A stretch of DNA of 64,000 nucleotides from Actinomycetes bacterium (GCA_031430645.1 JANPBY010000004.1:4337-68336), one strand, 5' to 3'. Positions 48,238-61,142 are shown, counted from the first letter of the stretch. A program made the numbers and translations. The notes: generated from the letters alone by a model not told the origin.

Positions 48238-49488
48238 ATGGGTGAGCGACGCAGCGCCAACACGGTCGAGGTGCACCCCGCTGACTCGGACAGTTGGCCG
48301 CGCCTTCAACGCATCGACGAGCTCGCCTTCGGGTTCACCTGGCCGGAGACCGGTGGGGACATCCACCGAGATGTCCTTGAGCTCGACCGCACCCTGATCG
48401 CCACCATTGGCGGCCACGACGCCGGCATCGCCTCGACGTACTCCCTTGAGATGTCGGTGCCAGGCGCGCCCCGCCAGCCAGTCGCAGGGCTCACGTGGGT
48501 TGGCGTACTGCCCACGCACCGTCGTCGAGGGGTGCTGACTGCGCTCATGCGGCACCACCTCAACGAGCTCCACGATCAGACTCGCGAACCAGTGGCGGCC
48601 CTGTTCGCATCCGAGCCGAGCATCTACGGTCGCTTCGGGTACGGCCCTGCTTCGCAGCGACTCAGCATCCGGATCCCTCGCGAGTTCGCCCGGCTGACGA
48701 CTCCACCTGAGCAGGACGATCCGCGCCCCGAGTTCGCGGATGCCGACCAGGTCCGTCCGCAGCTCGCCTTGGTCGCCGACGCGGTCGCGATGCAGCGCCC
48801 TGGCCTTCCCGCGCGCAGCCCGATCTGGTGGGATCGGACCTTCGACGATCAGCCCGGGGACCGCGAAGGTTTCTCAGCCTTGCGCACATTGCTGGTGGCC
48901 GACGAGAGCGGGCCCCGCGGCTACGCGATCTATAGCACCAAGGAGTCGTGGGGTCCCGGTGGCTCCAAGGGAGAGCTCGGAATCCGTGAGATCGCTGCCA
49001 CTGATCCGGCCGCCCACCGAGCGCTGTGGCGGGTGTTGCTCGACACCGACCTGATGGGAGAGGTCGTCTACGGGATGTTGCCGATCGACGACCCGCTGCT
49101 CCATCAGCTGGTCGACCCGAGACGGATCCAGGCCACCGTCGGCGACGCCTTGTTTGCGCGCTTGGTCGACGTCGACCGCGCCTTGACCTCGCGCACCTAC
49201 GCAAGTGCCATCGACGTAGTCCTTGACCTCGATGACCCCTTCTGTCCGTGGAACACCGGCCGCTGGCACCTCTCGGGGGATTCAACGGGAGCCACCTGTG
49301 CCCCGACTACGCAGGCACCGGACCTCGCGCTCGACGCGCGAGTGGCGGGCGCGGTTTATCTCGGGGGTACGTCGCTGCGCGGTCTGGCCGACGCGGGCCT
49401 GGTCACGGAGCACCGATTGGGAGCGGTGGATGCCACGAGCAGAGCCCTGCTCTCAGCGCGAGCCCCATGGTGCCCGTTCGTGTTCTGA
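48238..49488 (+). CDS. eis: Eis-like GNAT acetyltransferase
   Basis: VGVLPTHRRRGVL, LFASEPSIYGRFGYG, SCP2-like C-domain, terminal PWCPFVF. Confidence 0.85.
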   Translation: MGERRSANTVEVHPADSDSWPRLQRIDELAFGFTWPETGGDIHRDVLELDRTLIATIGGHDAGIASTYSLEMSVPGAPRQPVAGLTWVGVLPTHRRRGVLTALMRHHLNELHDQTREPVAALFASEPSIYGRFGYGPASQRLSIRIPREFARLTTPPEQDDPRPEFADADQVRPQLALVADAVAMQRPGLPARSPIWWDRTFDDQPGDREGFSALRTLLVADESGPRGYAIYSTKESWGPGGSKGELGIREIAATDPAAHRALWRVLLDTDLMGEVVYGMLPIDDPLLHQLVDPRRIQATVGDALFARLVDVDRALTSRTYASAIDVVLDLDDPFCPWNTGRWHLSGDSTGATCAPTTQAPDLALDARVAGAVYLGGTSLRGLADAGLVTEHRLGAVDATSRALLSARAPWCPFVF

Positions 49489-49621
49489 GTCAACTGGCCG
49501 CAACGCATGCCACGAACCGGGGCTGCGTCCTCTAGCGTGTGCGGCACCACATCGAAGCGTGCTCGGCACACGGTCCGCCCGGGACCCTGATCAGCCGTGC
49601 GGCCCCCCGAGGAGTCCCCCC

Positions 49622-52165
<2,544 letters not shown>

Positions 52166-52194
52166 GGGCCAAGGCCCACGCGCTGACCTGGGTC

Positions 52195-52234
52195 GGGTTG
52201 ATCAGGGTCGGTCAGGGTTGATCAGGGTTGATCT
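52195..52234 (+). repeat. 10-bp tandem repeat GGGTTGATCA x4 (degenerate), overlapping a stop codon
   Basis: GGGTTGATCA GGGTCGGTCA GGGTTGATCA GGGTTGATCT. Confidence 0.75.
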
Positions 52235-52614
52235 AGATGCAACGTGCGCGGGTGACGGGCATGCTCGGCGAGGGTGCGCAGTCCGTTGACGATCCCGCCC
52301 GAGAGGTCGCCGAGACTGAACTGCGACGTCATCGCGAGAGCTGCCAGGGCGCACGACCTGTCATCCAGGGACTTCTTGGCCACGGCCCCGGTCACGACTT
52401 CCAGTCGGTGAGCAGCCGGATCCACGGCGACGAGGACAACATCAGCGGCCAGCGGGCCGAGCCGACCATGGAGAGCCTCGGCGGCAGGACGAGGATCACC
52501 CTCGAGGACTCCTACGTAGACCGAATAGCGCAGGCCAGATTCCTCGCGGGCTTGCCGTATGGCGCGCTGGATGTCCTCGCGCTGCCGGTCTGAGAAGGCT
52601 TCACCAGCGGGCAC
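52222..52614 (-). CDS. DUF5130 (TPM-like) protein, CtaI-like
   Basis: AIRQAREESGLRYSVYVG, LVAVDP..HRLEVVTG, GDLSGG; syntenic with pepN and the ctaJ-like gene as in mycobacteria. Confidence 0.75.
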   Translation of the reverse strand: MPAGEAFSDRQREDIQRAIRQAREESGLRYSVYVGVLEGDPRPAAEALHGRLGPLAADVVLVAVDPAAHRLEVVTGAVAKKSLDDRSCALAALAMTSQFSLGDLSGGIVNGLRTLAEHARHPRTLHLDQP

Positions 52615-52972
52615 TGGTCCCCCCTCCCTCGTGGTTCGGCTCCGACTCGAGTGGGGAGTCACCGGTGGGTCCCCCGAACCAGACCGGGTTCGCCCACCAG
52701 GAAAGACCAGGGCGATATCGCGGCGCACTAACCATGGACGGGATCGAGGCGAACAGCCAGATCAGCCCGATGATGGCGAGCGGGATCCCTCCATAGATCA
52801 GCGCCGCCTGGCCGAGCGGCAACGGTGCGGCGAGCACCTCTCCGTCGTCACCGGAGTCAGCCAACGCCGCACCAGCCGGACCCAGCGCGAGCCATCCGCC
52901 GAGGACTACAGAGGTGATCACGGCCGTCTTACGCCGGCGCACCTTGGGTGAACTGAGTCGTGGCCTCATCAC
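52601..52972 (-). CDS. ctaJ: Small membrane protein, CtaJ-like (cytochrome aa3 supercomplex accessory)
   Basis: Signal-like N-terminus, TM GGIPLAIIGLIWL, APRYRPGLSWWANPVWFGGP. Confidence 0.6.
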   Translation of the reverse strand: MMRPRLSSPKVRRRKTAVITSVVLGGWLALGPAGAALADSGDDGEVLAAPLPLGQAALIYGGIPLAIIGLIWLFASIPSMVSAPRYRPGLSWWANPVWFGGPTGDSPLESEPNHEGGGTSARW

Positions 52973-52981
52973 GAAGCAAGC

Positions 52982-55147
52982 CTACTGGGCCGGGTTCGGT
53001 GCCAAGACAGCTGCCAGCCGTCGGGCGAGTGCGGCACCGCCGGGTGTGGCTAGGTCGTCGAGGAGCACGCACGCCCCGGCGCCGTCAGTGAGCGGCAACT
53101 GCCAGTTCGGGTACTCCTGGTCGGTGCCGGGCTGGTTGATCGCTCGACGATCCCCGACCGCGTCCGCCAAAGACACACCGAGCAACCGACACGGAGTCCG
53201 CGAAAGCTGTGCGTGCAGGGCCACGAGCACGTCCTCCAACTCTTCCTCGCTGCCAACCGCGTCGTCAGACAGCAGTCCGGACTCACGAAGCACCTGGATC
53301 ACCGCAAAGCGCTCCGCCTGATCGGTCGCCTGCTCTTCCTGGAGCGACTGAGTGAGCAGCCCGAGACGCTCACGGATCACCAGGTGTTCACCTCGCAGAT
53401 ATCCGGCGGTCGGCGGCAGGTCGTGGGTGGTGACGGTCCCTAGACAAGCCTCCCGCCAGTGCTCCGGCGCCAGTGGCTCGCCCGACCAACCCTTCTCGAA
53501 CCAGCTGATCGACGTCCCCAGCAGCCCGCGCTGGACGAGGTATTCGCGGACCCATGGCTCGACGACGCCGAGATCTTCCCCGATCACCACCGCCCCCGCT
53601 CGGTGCGCCTCCAGAGCAAGGATCCCCACGAGTGCCTCGTGGTCGTAGCGGACATAGGTCCCCTCCGAGGCGGGCAGCCCGTCGGGCACCCACCAGATGC
53701 GGAACAAGCCGATGACGTGGTCGACCCGCAGCCCTCCCGCATGTCTCAACGCCCCACGAACCAGATCGCGAAACGGTGCGTATCCGACGTCGGCGAGCCG
53801 CCCTGGGTGCAGCGGCGGCTGCGACCAGTCCTGACCCACCTGGTTGAACGCGTCCGGCGGTGCGCCCACAGAGCATCCGGCGGCGAAAACTCCGCGCAGC
53901 GACCATGAATCGGCCCCGTCAGGATGAACGCCCACGGCGAGATCGTGGATGAGCCCGATGCGCATGCCGGCCGCCCGAGACGCTTCTTGAGCGGCGGCCA
54001 GCTGTCCCTGCAGCAGCCACTGCAACCACACGTTCAGCTCCACCAGATCCTCGAGCTCGGCGCGCGCGGTCTTGACGGCCGGGTTCCCGCAGTCCCGGAG
54101 GTCTTCGGGCCAGGTCTCGACCTTGGGGCCGTACGTCTCCGCCAAGGCCGACCAAGTCGCGAAGCCAAGCAGTCCGGAACCTTCCTCCTGCCGAAAGCGC
54201 TCAAGGTCAGCCGCCCGATCAGGGGTCAAAGGAACCGATCTGATCAGCACGAGAGCGGCTCTCTTGGCCGACCACGACGCGTCCCGGTCCAGCAAGACAT
54301 CCGTCCGGAGGCCCGCCCGCAACGGCGCAGCGAGCGCCTGCACCGACGCCCGGTCGGTCGAGGAAAGAAATGCGTACTCGGGGATGTCCTCGACCCTGAG
54401 GTAGAGCGGGTTGGCGTAGCGCCGGCTCGTTGGAAGGTAGGGGGATGGCGTCATGGGCGCGATTGGCTCAGCCGCATGCAGGGGGTTGACGAGGACGAAG
54501 TCGGCGCCCAGCTCGGTGGCGCTCCACTCCGCCAAGGCCATCAGATCGGCGACGTCGCCAAGTCCCCAGGAACGAGTAGAACGCAATTGGTAGAGCTGGG
54601 TCATCAGCCCCCAGGCGTGGCTGCCCCGAGGAGCGCACGTCGGTTCGAGCCGGTCCGGGGTGACGATGAGGACCGCCGAGCTGACCGCGTCCCCGGACGT
54701 TGCCCGCAGCGTGTGCCACCCGAGCGGAAGGTCCCTGGGCAGGGCGACGGTCGCGCGTCCGACCAGACCGCCGTCAATCTCTTGGGGCTGCACCCAGACA
54801 TCGCGAGACTCAACGTCGCGGCGAAGTGAGCCATCCTCGAGCTCCACCCAGACGCTGACCGGAGCACCGTGTCGAACATGGACGGCAACCTCGCAGTCGG
54901 CGCCGCCGCGAGTGACGATCGTCGGCGGCAGCATCTGGCGCCACGGTGCAAGGGATCGATCGGCGAGCGCTGCCTGTGTCGACTCGGCGGTCGAGACATC
55001 CACACCGAGGGCACCGAGCACAGCCCGGATGGTGTCTGCAGCGACGACAACCTCGCGTCCCTGCCAATCCCAGTAGTCCAGCGTGACTGAGTAGCTCTCG
55101 GCCAGGGCGCGCAACAACTCACCGGGCAGCTCGGGCGGTCCACTCAC
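52982..55147 (-). CDS. malQ: 4-alpha-glucanotransferase (GH77)
   Basis: QLYQLRS..SWGLGD, NPLHA, SPYLPTSR, HDLAVG, GAPPD, RVDHVIG, GEDLG, THD. Confidence 0.94.
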   Translation of the reverse strand: MSGPPELPGELLRALAESYSVTLDYWDWQGREVVVAADTIRAVLGALGVDVSTAESTQAALADRSLAPWRQMLPPTIVTRGGADCEVAVHVRHGAPVSVWVELEDGSLRRDVESRDVWVQPQEIDGGLVGRATVALPRDLPLGWHTLRATSGDAVSSAVLIVTPDRLEPTCAPRGSHAWGLMTQLYQLRSTRSWGLGDVADLMALAEWSATELGADFVLVNPLHAAEPIAPMTPSPYLPTSRRYANPLYLRVEDIPEYAFLSSTDRASVQALAAPLRAGLRTDVLLDRDASWSAKRAALVLIRSVPLTPDRAADLERFRQEEGSGLLGFATWSALAETYGPKVETWPEDLRDCGNPAVKTARAELEDLVELNVWLQWLLQGQLAAAQEASRAAGMRIGLIHDLAVGVHPDGADSWSLRGVFAAGCSVGAPPDAFNQVGQDWSQPPLHPGRLADVGYAPFRDLVRGALRHAGGLRVDHVIGLFRIWWVPDGLPASEGTYVRYDHEALVGILALEAHRAGAVVIGEDLGVVEPWVREYLVQRGLLGTSISWFEKGWSGEPLAPEHWREACLGTVTTHDLPPTAGYLRGEHLVIRERLGLLTQSLQEEQATDQAERFAVIQVLRESGLLSDDAVGSEEELEDVLVALHAQLSRTPCRLLGVSLADAVGDRRAINQPGTDQEYPNWQLPLTDGAGACVLLDDLATPGGAALARRLAAVLAPNPAQ

Positions 55148-55160
55148 CAAGGTCCCGAAC

Positions 55161-55685
55161 TCATGCAGACACCGCGCTGGCCTCTGCCAGGCCGTGTCCG
55201 AGGAGGTAGTCGGCCCAAAGCGGGTCGGCCCGACCTGTGCCGAGGATCCGCCAGGCAGAGCCGGTCGGTTGGCGTGGGGTGCTTCGCAACCTCCACCCGA
55301 GCTCGGCGACTGAACGGTCAGCCTTGACCCGGTTGCATCGGGAACACGCTGCGACCACGTTGTCCCACTGGTGGCGCCCGCCGCGACTGCGTGGGACGAC
55401 ATGGTCAACGCTGTTAGCGGTGCCACCGCAGTAGGCGCATCGACCGTGGTCCCGCGCAAAGATCGCCCGTCGGGTCAATGGGACATGGGCGCGGTGCGGG
55501 ACCCGGACATAGCGGGTCAGTCTGATCACCGACGGCACCTCGATCGCCCGGGTGGCACTGTGCGCGATCGACCCGCTTTCCTCGACCGTGATGGCCTTGT
55601 CCGCGAGGACCAGGAGCAGCGCACGCCGATCTGACACCACGCCGAGCGGCTCGTACGTGGCATTCAGCACCAGGGTGTGCGCCAT
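55161..55685 (-). CDS. HNH endonuclease (Rv2469c-like conserved actinobacterial family)
   Basis: TLVLNATYEPL, RRAIFARD..RCAYCG, VDHVVPRSRGG..WDNVVAACSRCN. Confidence 0.92.
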   Translation of the reverse strand: MAHTLVLNATYEPLGVVSDRRALLLVLADKAITVEESGSIAHSATRAIEVPSVIRLTRYVRVPHRAHVPLTRRAIFARDHGRCAYCGGTANSVDHVVPRSRGGRHQWDNVVAACSRCNRVKADRSVAELGWRLRSTPRQPTGSAWRILGTGRADPLWADYLLGHGLAEASAVSA

Positions 55686-55774
55686 CGTGAAGTGACCTCC
55701 GGTGCTTAGTCTGCGCATCGGACACGCCCACCGCCACCGTGAATCGCCAACCTCACCCACCTAGGTTGGATGTC

Positions 55775-57871
55775 ATGACCTCCGATCCCGGCCGTCCGGA
55801 CTACCCAGTCGCCCATCGACTCGACCTCGTCGAGGACCTCCACGGTCACAAGGTGAGCGACCCCTATCGCTGGTTGGAGACCTCAGATGATCCGGCGACC
55901 AAGGAGTGGGGCGCGGCCCAGGACGCCTTGTTGGTCTCCCAGCGCGCAACCTGGCCGGGTCAGGACGCCCTGCGCGCCCGGATGGGCCAGTTGCTCGACG
56001 CGGGCATCGTCTCCGCCCCCGTCTGGCGGGGTGAGCGCCAGTTCTTCATGCGCCGCAACGCTGCGCAGGAGCATGCCGTACTCCTGACCGTCGACCCTGA
56101 TGGCACCGAGCGGGTCCTCATCGACCCCATGGCCCTGGATGCCACTGGCTTGACGACCCTCGACACCTGGCAGCCCACAAAGGAAGGTCACCTCCTCGCC
56201 TACCAGGTGTCCGAAGGCGGCACCGAACAGGCGGTGCTTCGCGTCATCGACGTCACGACTGGCGAGATCGTCGACGGCCCGATCGACCGGGCCAGATACT
56301 CACCGGTGGCCTGGCTGCCTGGCGGCAGGTCTTACTACTACGTACGTCGGCTGGCTCCCGAGCTGGTGCCCGACGGCGAGGAGCAGTTCCACCGACGCGT
56401 GTGGCTGCACCGGCTGGGCACCGATCCAGCCGAAGACGTCCTCGTCTTCGGCGAGGGACGCAAGCACACCGAGTATTACGGAGCCTCGGTCAGCCGCGAC
56501 GGGCGATGGCTGCAGGTCTCGGCTTCGGAAGGCACCGAACCCCGAAACGACCTCTATCTGGCTGATCTGACGACCAGCTCCCTGGATGGACCCGATCTTC
56601 GTCCCGTTCAGGTAGACGTCGATGCTCAGACCGGACTCGAGGTGTGCCGCGACGGCCGGGTGCTGGTCTTCACTGACCGTGACGCGCCCAGGGGTCGGCT
56701 CTGCTTCACGACACCTGACCACCTCGAGGTCGACGACTGGACCGATCTGCTCGCCGAGGACCCGATCGCCGTGCTCGACGGTTACGCCGTCCTGGACGGA
56801 CCTGAGCTCGACTCACCCGTCCTGCTCGCATCCTGGACCCGGCACGCGGTGTCTGAGCTAACGGTCCACGACTTGGCCACCGGACTGCAACTTGCGGACG
56901 TGCCCCTCCCCGGGGTCGGCACGATCGGCGGCATCATCGAACGACCGGAGGGAGGACACGAGGCGTGGTTCGGCTACACCGACCACACCACCCCCTCCAC
57001 CGTCCAGCGCTATGACGCCCGCACCGGCGAAACGACACTGTGGGCCACGGCGCCGGGCACGGTCGATGTCCCGCCGATCACGACGCAACAGGTCACCTAC
57101 CAGTCTGCTGACGGCACCGAGGTGCGCATGTTCGTCATCTCCAAGACGGGCGACCCCACCGGTCCCCGGCCGACGATCCTCTACGGCTACGGCGGGTTCG
57201 GCCTCCCACTGACCCCCGGATTCTCGGCCACCGTGCTTTCGTGGGTCGAAGCTGGGGGCGTCTGGGCCGTCGCTGGGCTGCGCGGCGGTGGCGAAGAAGG
57301 CGAGCAATGGCACCGCGACGGGATGCTGGGCAACAAGCAGAACGTCTTCGACGACTTCCACGCCGCGGCTGAGTGGCTGGTCGACAACGAGTGGACGACT
57401 GCCGACCAGCTAGCCATCAACGGCGGCTCAAACGGTGGGCTGCTGGTGGGCGGCGCGGTCACCCAACGACCCGAACTCTTCGCAGCGGTGGTCTGCTCGG
57501 CGCCACTTCTCGACATGGTGCGTTACGAACAGTTCGGCCTCGGCGCGACGTGGAACGTCGAGTACGGCTCGGCCGCGCTGCCAGAGGAACTCGCCTGGTT
57601 GCTCGCGTATTCGCCCTACCACCGCGTCGTCGAGGGCACCGACTACCCGGCCACGTTGTTCACGGTTTTCGACGGTGACTCCCGGGTCGACCCGTTACAC
57701 GCCCGCAAGCTGTGCGCGGCGATGCAGCACGCGACCTCAGGAAACCGGCCGATCCTCATCCGCGCTGAACCTGATGTCGGGCACGGAGCGCGCGCCGTGA
57801 GTCGGTCGATCGACTTGTCGGTGGAGGTGCTGGCCTTCACTGCAGCGCACACAGGTCTTGCACTGACGTGA
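55775..57871 (+). CDS. Prolyl oligopeptidase (S9A)
   Basis: DPYRWLE, YGYGGF, GGSNGG (Ser), DSRV (Asp), GHG (His); TAGGTT -10 7 nt before ATG. Confidence 0.94.
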   Translation: MTSDPGRPDYPVAHRLDLVEDLHGHKVSDPYRWLETSDDPATKEWGAAQDALLVSQRATWPGQDALRARMGQLLDAGIVSAPVWRGERQFFMRRNAAQEHAVLLTVDPDGTERVLIDPMALDATGLTTLDTWQPTKEGHLLAYQVSEGGTEQAVLRVIDVTTGEIVDGPIDRARYSPVAWLPGGRSYYYVRRLAPELVPDGEEQFHRRVWLHRLGTDPAEDVLVFGEGRKHTEYYGASVSRDGRWLQVSASEGTEPRNDLYLADLTTSSLDGPDLRPVQVDVDAQTGLEVCRDGRVLVFTDRDAPRGRLCFTTPDHLEVDDWTDLLAEDPIAVLDGYAVLDGPELDSPVLLASWTRHAVSELTVHDLATGLQLADVPLPGVGTIGGIIERPEGGHEAWFGYTDHTTPSTVQRYDARTGETTLWATAPGTVDVPPITTQQVTYQSADGTEVRMFVISKTGDPTGPRPTILYGYGGFGLPLTPGFSATVLSWVEAGGVWAVAGLRGGGEEGEQWHRDGMLGNKQNVFDDFHAAAEWLVDNEWTTADQLAINGGSNGGLLVGGAVTQRPELFAAVVCSAPLLDMVRYEQFGLGATWNVEYGSAALPEELAWLLAYSPYHRVVEGTDYPATLFTVFDGDSRVDPLHARKLCAAMQHATSGNRPILIRAEPDVGHGARAVSRSIDLSVEVLAFTAAHTGLALT

Positions 57872-57930
57872 GTCCTCAGCAACTGGCCCCCCACTGGACT
57901 CGCAGCTGGCCGAACCGGCAAGGTAGCGCG

Positions 57931-58563
57931 GTGGACCTTGACCGCTACACCACCAGCCGCATGTGCCTTCACGGCCTCGCCGAAGGGCTGCTGTCCGGCC
58001 CGCAATTCATGGCGTCCGGGACGATCCGGCTCCGAGTCATCGACGGAGCGATTGCCACGGTCGCCGCCCCTGACGCTCGCTACCTCAAAGGTGCTCTGGT
58101 GGTCGACGGGCGCACCGTTGCCGTCACCGGCACCTTCGGTCAGCTCGCAGCCGAGGCGGGTCTGAACTGGTCAGTGCCGACGCACTACAGCGACCACTCC
58201 GGAAGCGTCGCTGAGGACCCGGCTGACATCGAGGTTGCGGACGCAGAGTTGATGGTCGAGTGGTTCGCTCGCGGCCAAGAAGCGATCAACTCGCTGTGGC
58301 CCGAGGTGACGCCGGTGCTCTGGCCCGAGCATTTCGACCTGGGCGTCAGCGTCGAAGAGGTCAACTACGGAGTTTCCCCGGGCGACACCGCGCACCCGGA
58401 GCCGTATGCCTACGCCGGGCCTTGGGCCTTCGCTCAATGGACCGACGTCGACCCGTTCTGGAACGCACCCTTCGGCGCCCTGCGTCCAGCCACCGCCTTC
58501 GCTGACGCCGAGGCGGTCGCTGAATTCTTCTCCCAGGCGCGGACATTGGCCTCAGGCCCGTGA
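57931..58563 (+). CDS. Conserved hypothetical protein
   Basis: LHGLAE..LSGPQF...LWPEHFDLG...NYGVSPGD...EPYAYAGPW...FWNAPFGA; coding-like composition. Start could be 57868. Confidence 0.7.
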   Translation: MDLDRYTTSRMCLHGLAEGLLSGPQFMASGTIRLRVIDGAIATVAAPDARYLKGALVVDGRTVAVTGTFGQLAAEAGLNWSVPTHYSDHSGSVAEDPADIEVADAELMVEWFARGQEAINSLWPEVTPVLWPEHFDLGVSVEEVNYGVSPGDTAHPEPYAYAGPWAFAQWTDVDPFWNAPFGALRPATAFADAEAVAEFFSQARTLASGP

Positions 58564-58573
58564 GCCCCGCTCC

Positions 58574-59554
58574 GTGAGCACGCTCTTGGGCAACACCCTG
58601 ATCTCCATTTTGTCCGAGATACCAGGCTCCAGCTCGCCCAGTCCGTCAGCATCGGCTGAAACCACGGCACAAACGGTAGGCAGGGTCCTGTCGTGGCCGA
58701 TCAAGGTCGCCGGCGTCATCATCGTCGCGGTCCTCGTGCGTTGGTTGATCTGCCGCATTCTCGACCGCACCATCGTGCACCTGGCCGACAACGCCCTCTC
58801 CCGGCGGCTCGCAACGACGAGCACCGCAGTCGGCGTGACTGACAGCGACGAGATGGCTGAGAGACTGCGTCAGCGTGCCCGCACGGTTGCCGGAATTCTC
58901 AAGAGCATCACGACCCTCGTCGTGTTCGGCATTGCTGCGGTCTCCGTGTTGGCCTCGCTGGGAGTGGACGTCGGGCCACTTCTCCTCAGCGCCGGCGTGG
59001 TCGGAATCGCGATCGGCTTCGGTGCCCAGAGCCTGGTCAAGGACTTCTTGACCGGGATCTTCATGATCCTCGAGGACCAATACGCCGTCGGCGATTTCGT
59101 GGACACCGGTGAGGCCCTCGGCACGGTCGAGGAAGTAGGACTTCGGCTCACCCGCCTGCGCGACGACCAGGGCGTGATCTGGTACGTACCGCACGGCTCG
59201 ATCCAACGCATCGGCAACCGGAGCCAGGGTTTCGGGCTAGCCATCGTGGACATCCCGCTGGCGTACGGCGCTGACGTCGATGCGGCCGCGGACGCGATCC
59301 GAGCAGCTGTTGCCGAGCTCGCCGCGGACCCAGCCTGGGCTCCAGACATCCTTAGCGACCCCCCGACCGTCGCGGTCGAGTCAATGACGGCCACAGCCGT
59401 CAACTTGCAGGTGCGGCAACGCACCAAACCTTTGCGCAACCTTGCCGTCGGGCGCGCTTTGCGCGAGCGGGTGCTCACCGCGCTGGACGCCGCGGGCATC
59501 GCGCGCCCCGCCGTCGCCGGGCCTGGAGCCAGGGCATTCCCCGACGCCCCTTAG
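58574..59554 (+). CDS. Small-conductance mechanosensitive channel (MscS family)
   Basis: SAGVVGIAIGFGAQSLVKD, DQYAVGD, GTVEEVGLRLTRLR. Confidence 0.92.
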   Translation: MSTLLGNTLISILSEIPGSSSPSPSASAETTAQTVGRVLSWPIKVAGVIIVAVLVRWLICRILDRTIVHLADNALSRRLATTSTAVGVTDSDEMAERLRQRARTVAGILKSITTLVVFGIAAVSVLASLGVDVGPLLLSAGVVGIAIGFGAQSLVKDFLTGIFMILEDQYAVGDFVDTGEALGTVEEVGLRLTRLRDDQGVIWYVPHGSIQRIGNRSQGFGLAIVDIPLAYGADVDAAADAIRAAVAELAADPAWAPDILSDPPTVAVESMTATAVNLQVRQRTKPLRNLAVGRALRERVLTALDAAGIARPAVAGPGARAFPDAP

Positions 59555-59609
59555 CCACGCGCCATGGGGTGGGGGTGCGGAGGTGAGTCGTCCGCGGGAG
59601 GATCAGTGG

Positions 59610-61142
59610 GTGACGCCCATCGCCGCGGAGCCCGGAATGCTGTGCCTGGTGACCGGGGCTACTGGCTACGTCGGTGGCCGCCTGGTGCCGGAACTGCTCG
59701 CTGCCGGCTACCGAGTTCGCTGTTTGGTGCGCGCGGCCGAACGCCTCCGCGACCACCCGTGGGTAGATCAGGTCGAAGTCGTCGAGGGCGATGCGGGGAG
59801 CGCAAAAGACCTCGACCGAGCCCTCGCAGACGTCGACGTCGCCTACTACCTGATCCACGCGCTCGGGTCGGACTCCTTCGAGACCGAGGACCGCGACATG
59901 GCCCGCGGCTTTGGCGCCGCCGCCGAACGCGCGGGAGTGGGGCGCATGGTCTACCTCGGCGGCCTCAGCCCCACGGACGAGGCGCTGTCGCCACACCTGC
60001 GTTCGCGCGCGGAGGTTGGCGAGATCCTCCTCGCCTCGAGCGTGCCCACCGTGGTGCTCAAAGCCGCGGTGATCATCGGTTCCGGCTCGGCGTCCTTCGA
60101 GATGCTGCGCTATCTCACCGAACGTCTCCCCGTGATGGTCACGCCGCGGTGGGTCGCTAACCGCATCCAACCCATCGCCATCCGCGACGTGCTCCGCTAC
60201 CTCGTGGGGTGCGCGGCGCTGCCGCCCGAGGTCGATCGTGGCTTCGACATCGGCGGCCCCGACGTACTGACGTACGAGCAGATGATGCAGGCGTACGCCC
60301 TCGCGGCCGGGCTGAAGCGTCGGGTGATCATCCGGGTGCCGGTCCTGTCCCCCACGCTGTCCGCGCACTGGGTCGGAATCGTGACCCCCGTGCCTGGAGC
60401 CCTGGCCAAGCCTCTCGTGGAATCGCTCAAGCACGAGGTGTATTGCCGCGAGCACGACATCGCCGGCTGGATCCCCAATCCTCCTGAGGGTCTGCTTCCC
60501 CTAACCGACGCATTGCGACTCGCTCTCCAGCGGATCCGGGACGCCCGGGTCGACACGCGTTGGTCCTCCGCCTTGGTCCCGGGTGCGCCGAGCGACCCGC
60601 TGCCCACCGACCCGGACTGGGCAGGCGGGAGTCTCTACGAGGACAAACGCAGACGAGAGGTCGCGTCGACCCCTGCTGCCCTGTGGTCGGTCATCGAGGG
60701 CATCGGCGGCGAGAACGGGTGGTACTCGTTCCCCCTTGCCTGGGAGGTTCGCGGTCTCCTCGACCGAGCCGTTGGAGGCGTCGGCCTGCGGCGGGGCCGG
60801 CGGGACCCCGAACACCTCTACGTGGGTGAGGCGTTGGACTTCTGGCGGGTCGAGGTGCGCAAGCCCGAGGAGCTCCTTAGGCTGCGCGCCGAGATGCGCA
60901 TGCCCGGCCTCGCCTGGCTCGACCTAAGAGTCGAAGAGAGCCCCCACGGCACCACGGTCTACGCCCAGCGCGCACTGTTCCACCCGCGCGGTCTCGCCGG
61001 ACATCTCTACTGGTGGTCGGTGGCGCCCTTCCACGGCATCGTGTTCGGATCGATGGTGCGCAACATCGCTCGCGCCGCCGAAGGGCGAGAAGGGCGAAGG
61101 ACGTACGTCAGCGAGCAGACCTCTATGCCTTCGGCTTCATGA
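59610..61142 (+). CDS. NAD(P)-binding SDR/NmrA-like protein with a C-terminal DUF2867 domain
   Basis: TGATGYVGG, YYLIH, HLRSR, IIGSGSASFE, GGENGWY, DFWRVE, LRLRAEM. Confidence 0.87.
   Translation: MTPIAAEPGMLCLVTGATGYVGGRLVPELLAAGYRVRCLVRAAERLRDHPWVDQVEVVEGDAGSAKDLDRALADVDVAYYLIHALGSDSFETEDRDMARGFGAAAERAGVGRMVYLGGLSPTDEALSPHLRSRAEVGEILLASSVPTVVLKAAVIIGSGSASFEMLRYLTERLPVMVTPRWVANRIQPIAIRDVLRYLVGCAALPPEVDRGFDIGGPDVLTYEQMMQAYALAAGLKRRVIIRVPVLSPTLSAHWVGIVTPVPGALAKPLVESLKHEVYCREHDIAGWIPNPPEGLLPLTDALRLALQRIRDARVDTRWSSALVPGAPSDPLPTDPDWAGGSLYEDKRRREVASTPAALWSVIEGIGGENGWYSFPLAWEVRGLLDRAVGGVGLRRGRRDPEHLYVGEALDFWRVEVRKPEELLRLRAEMRMPGLAWLDLRVEESPHGTTVYAQRALFHPRGLAGHLYWWSVAPFHGIVFGSMVRNIARAAEGREGRRTYVSEQTSMPSAS

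Noticed and set aside
55161-55685. HNH nuclease as a defence or IscB/Cas9-like effector
   Set aside because: 174 aa, no RuvC or bridge helix, and it sits in conserved housekeeping synteny near pepN (Rv2469c-like).
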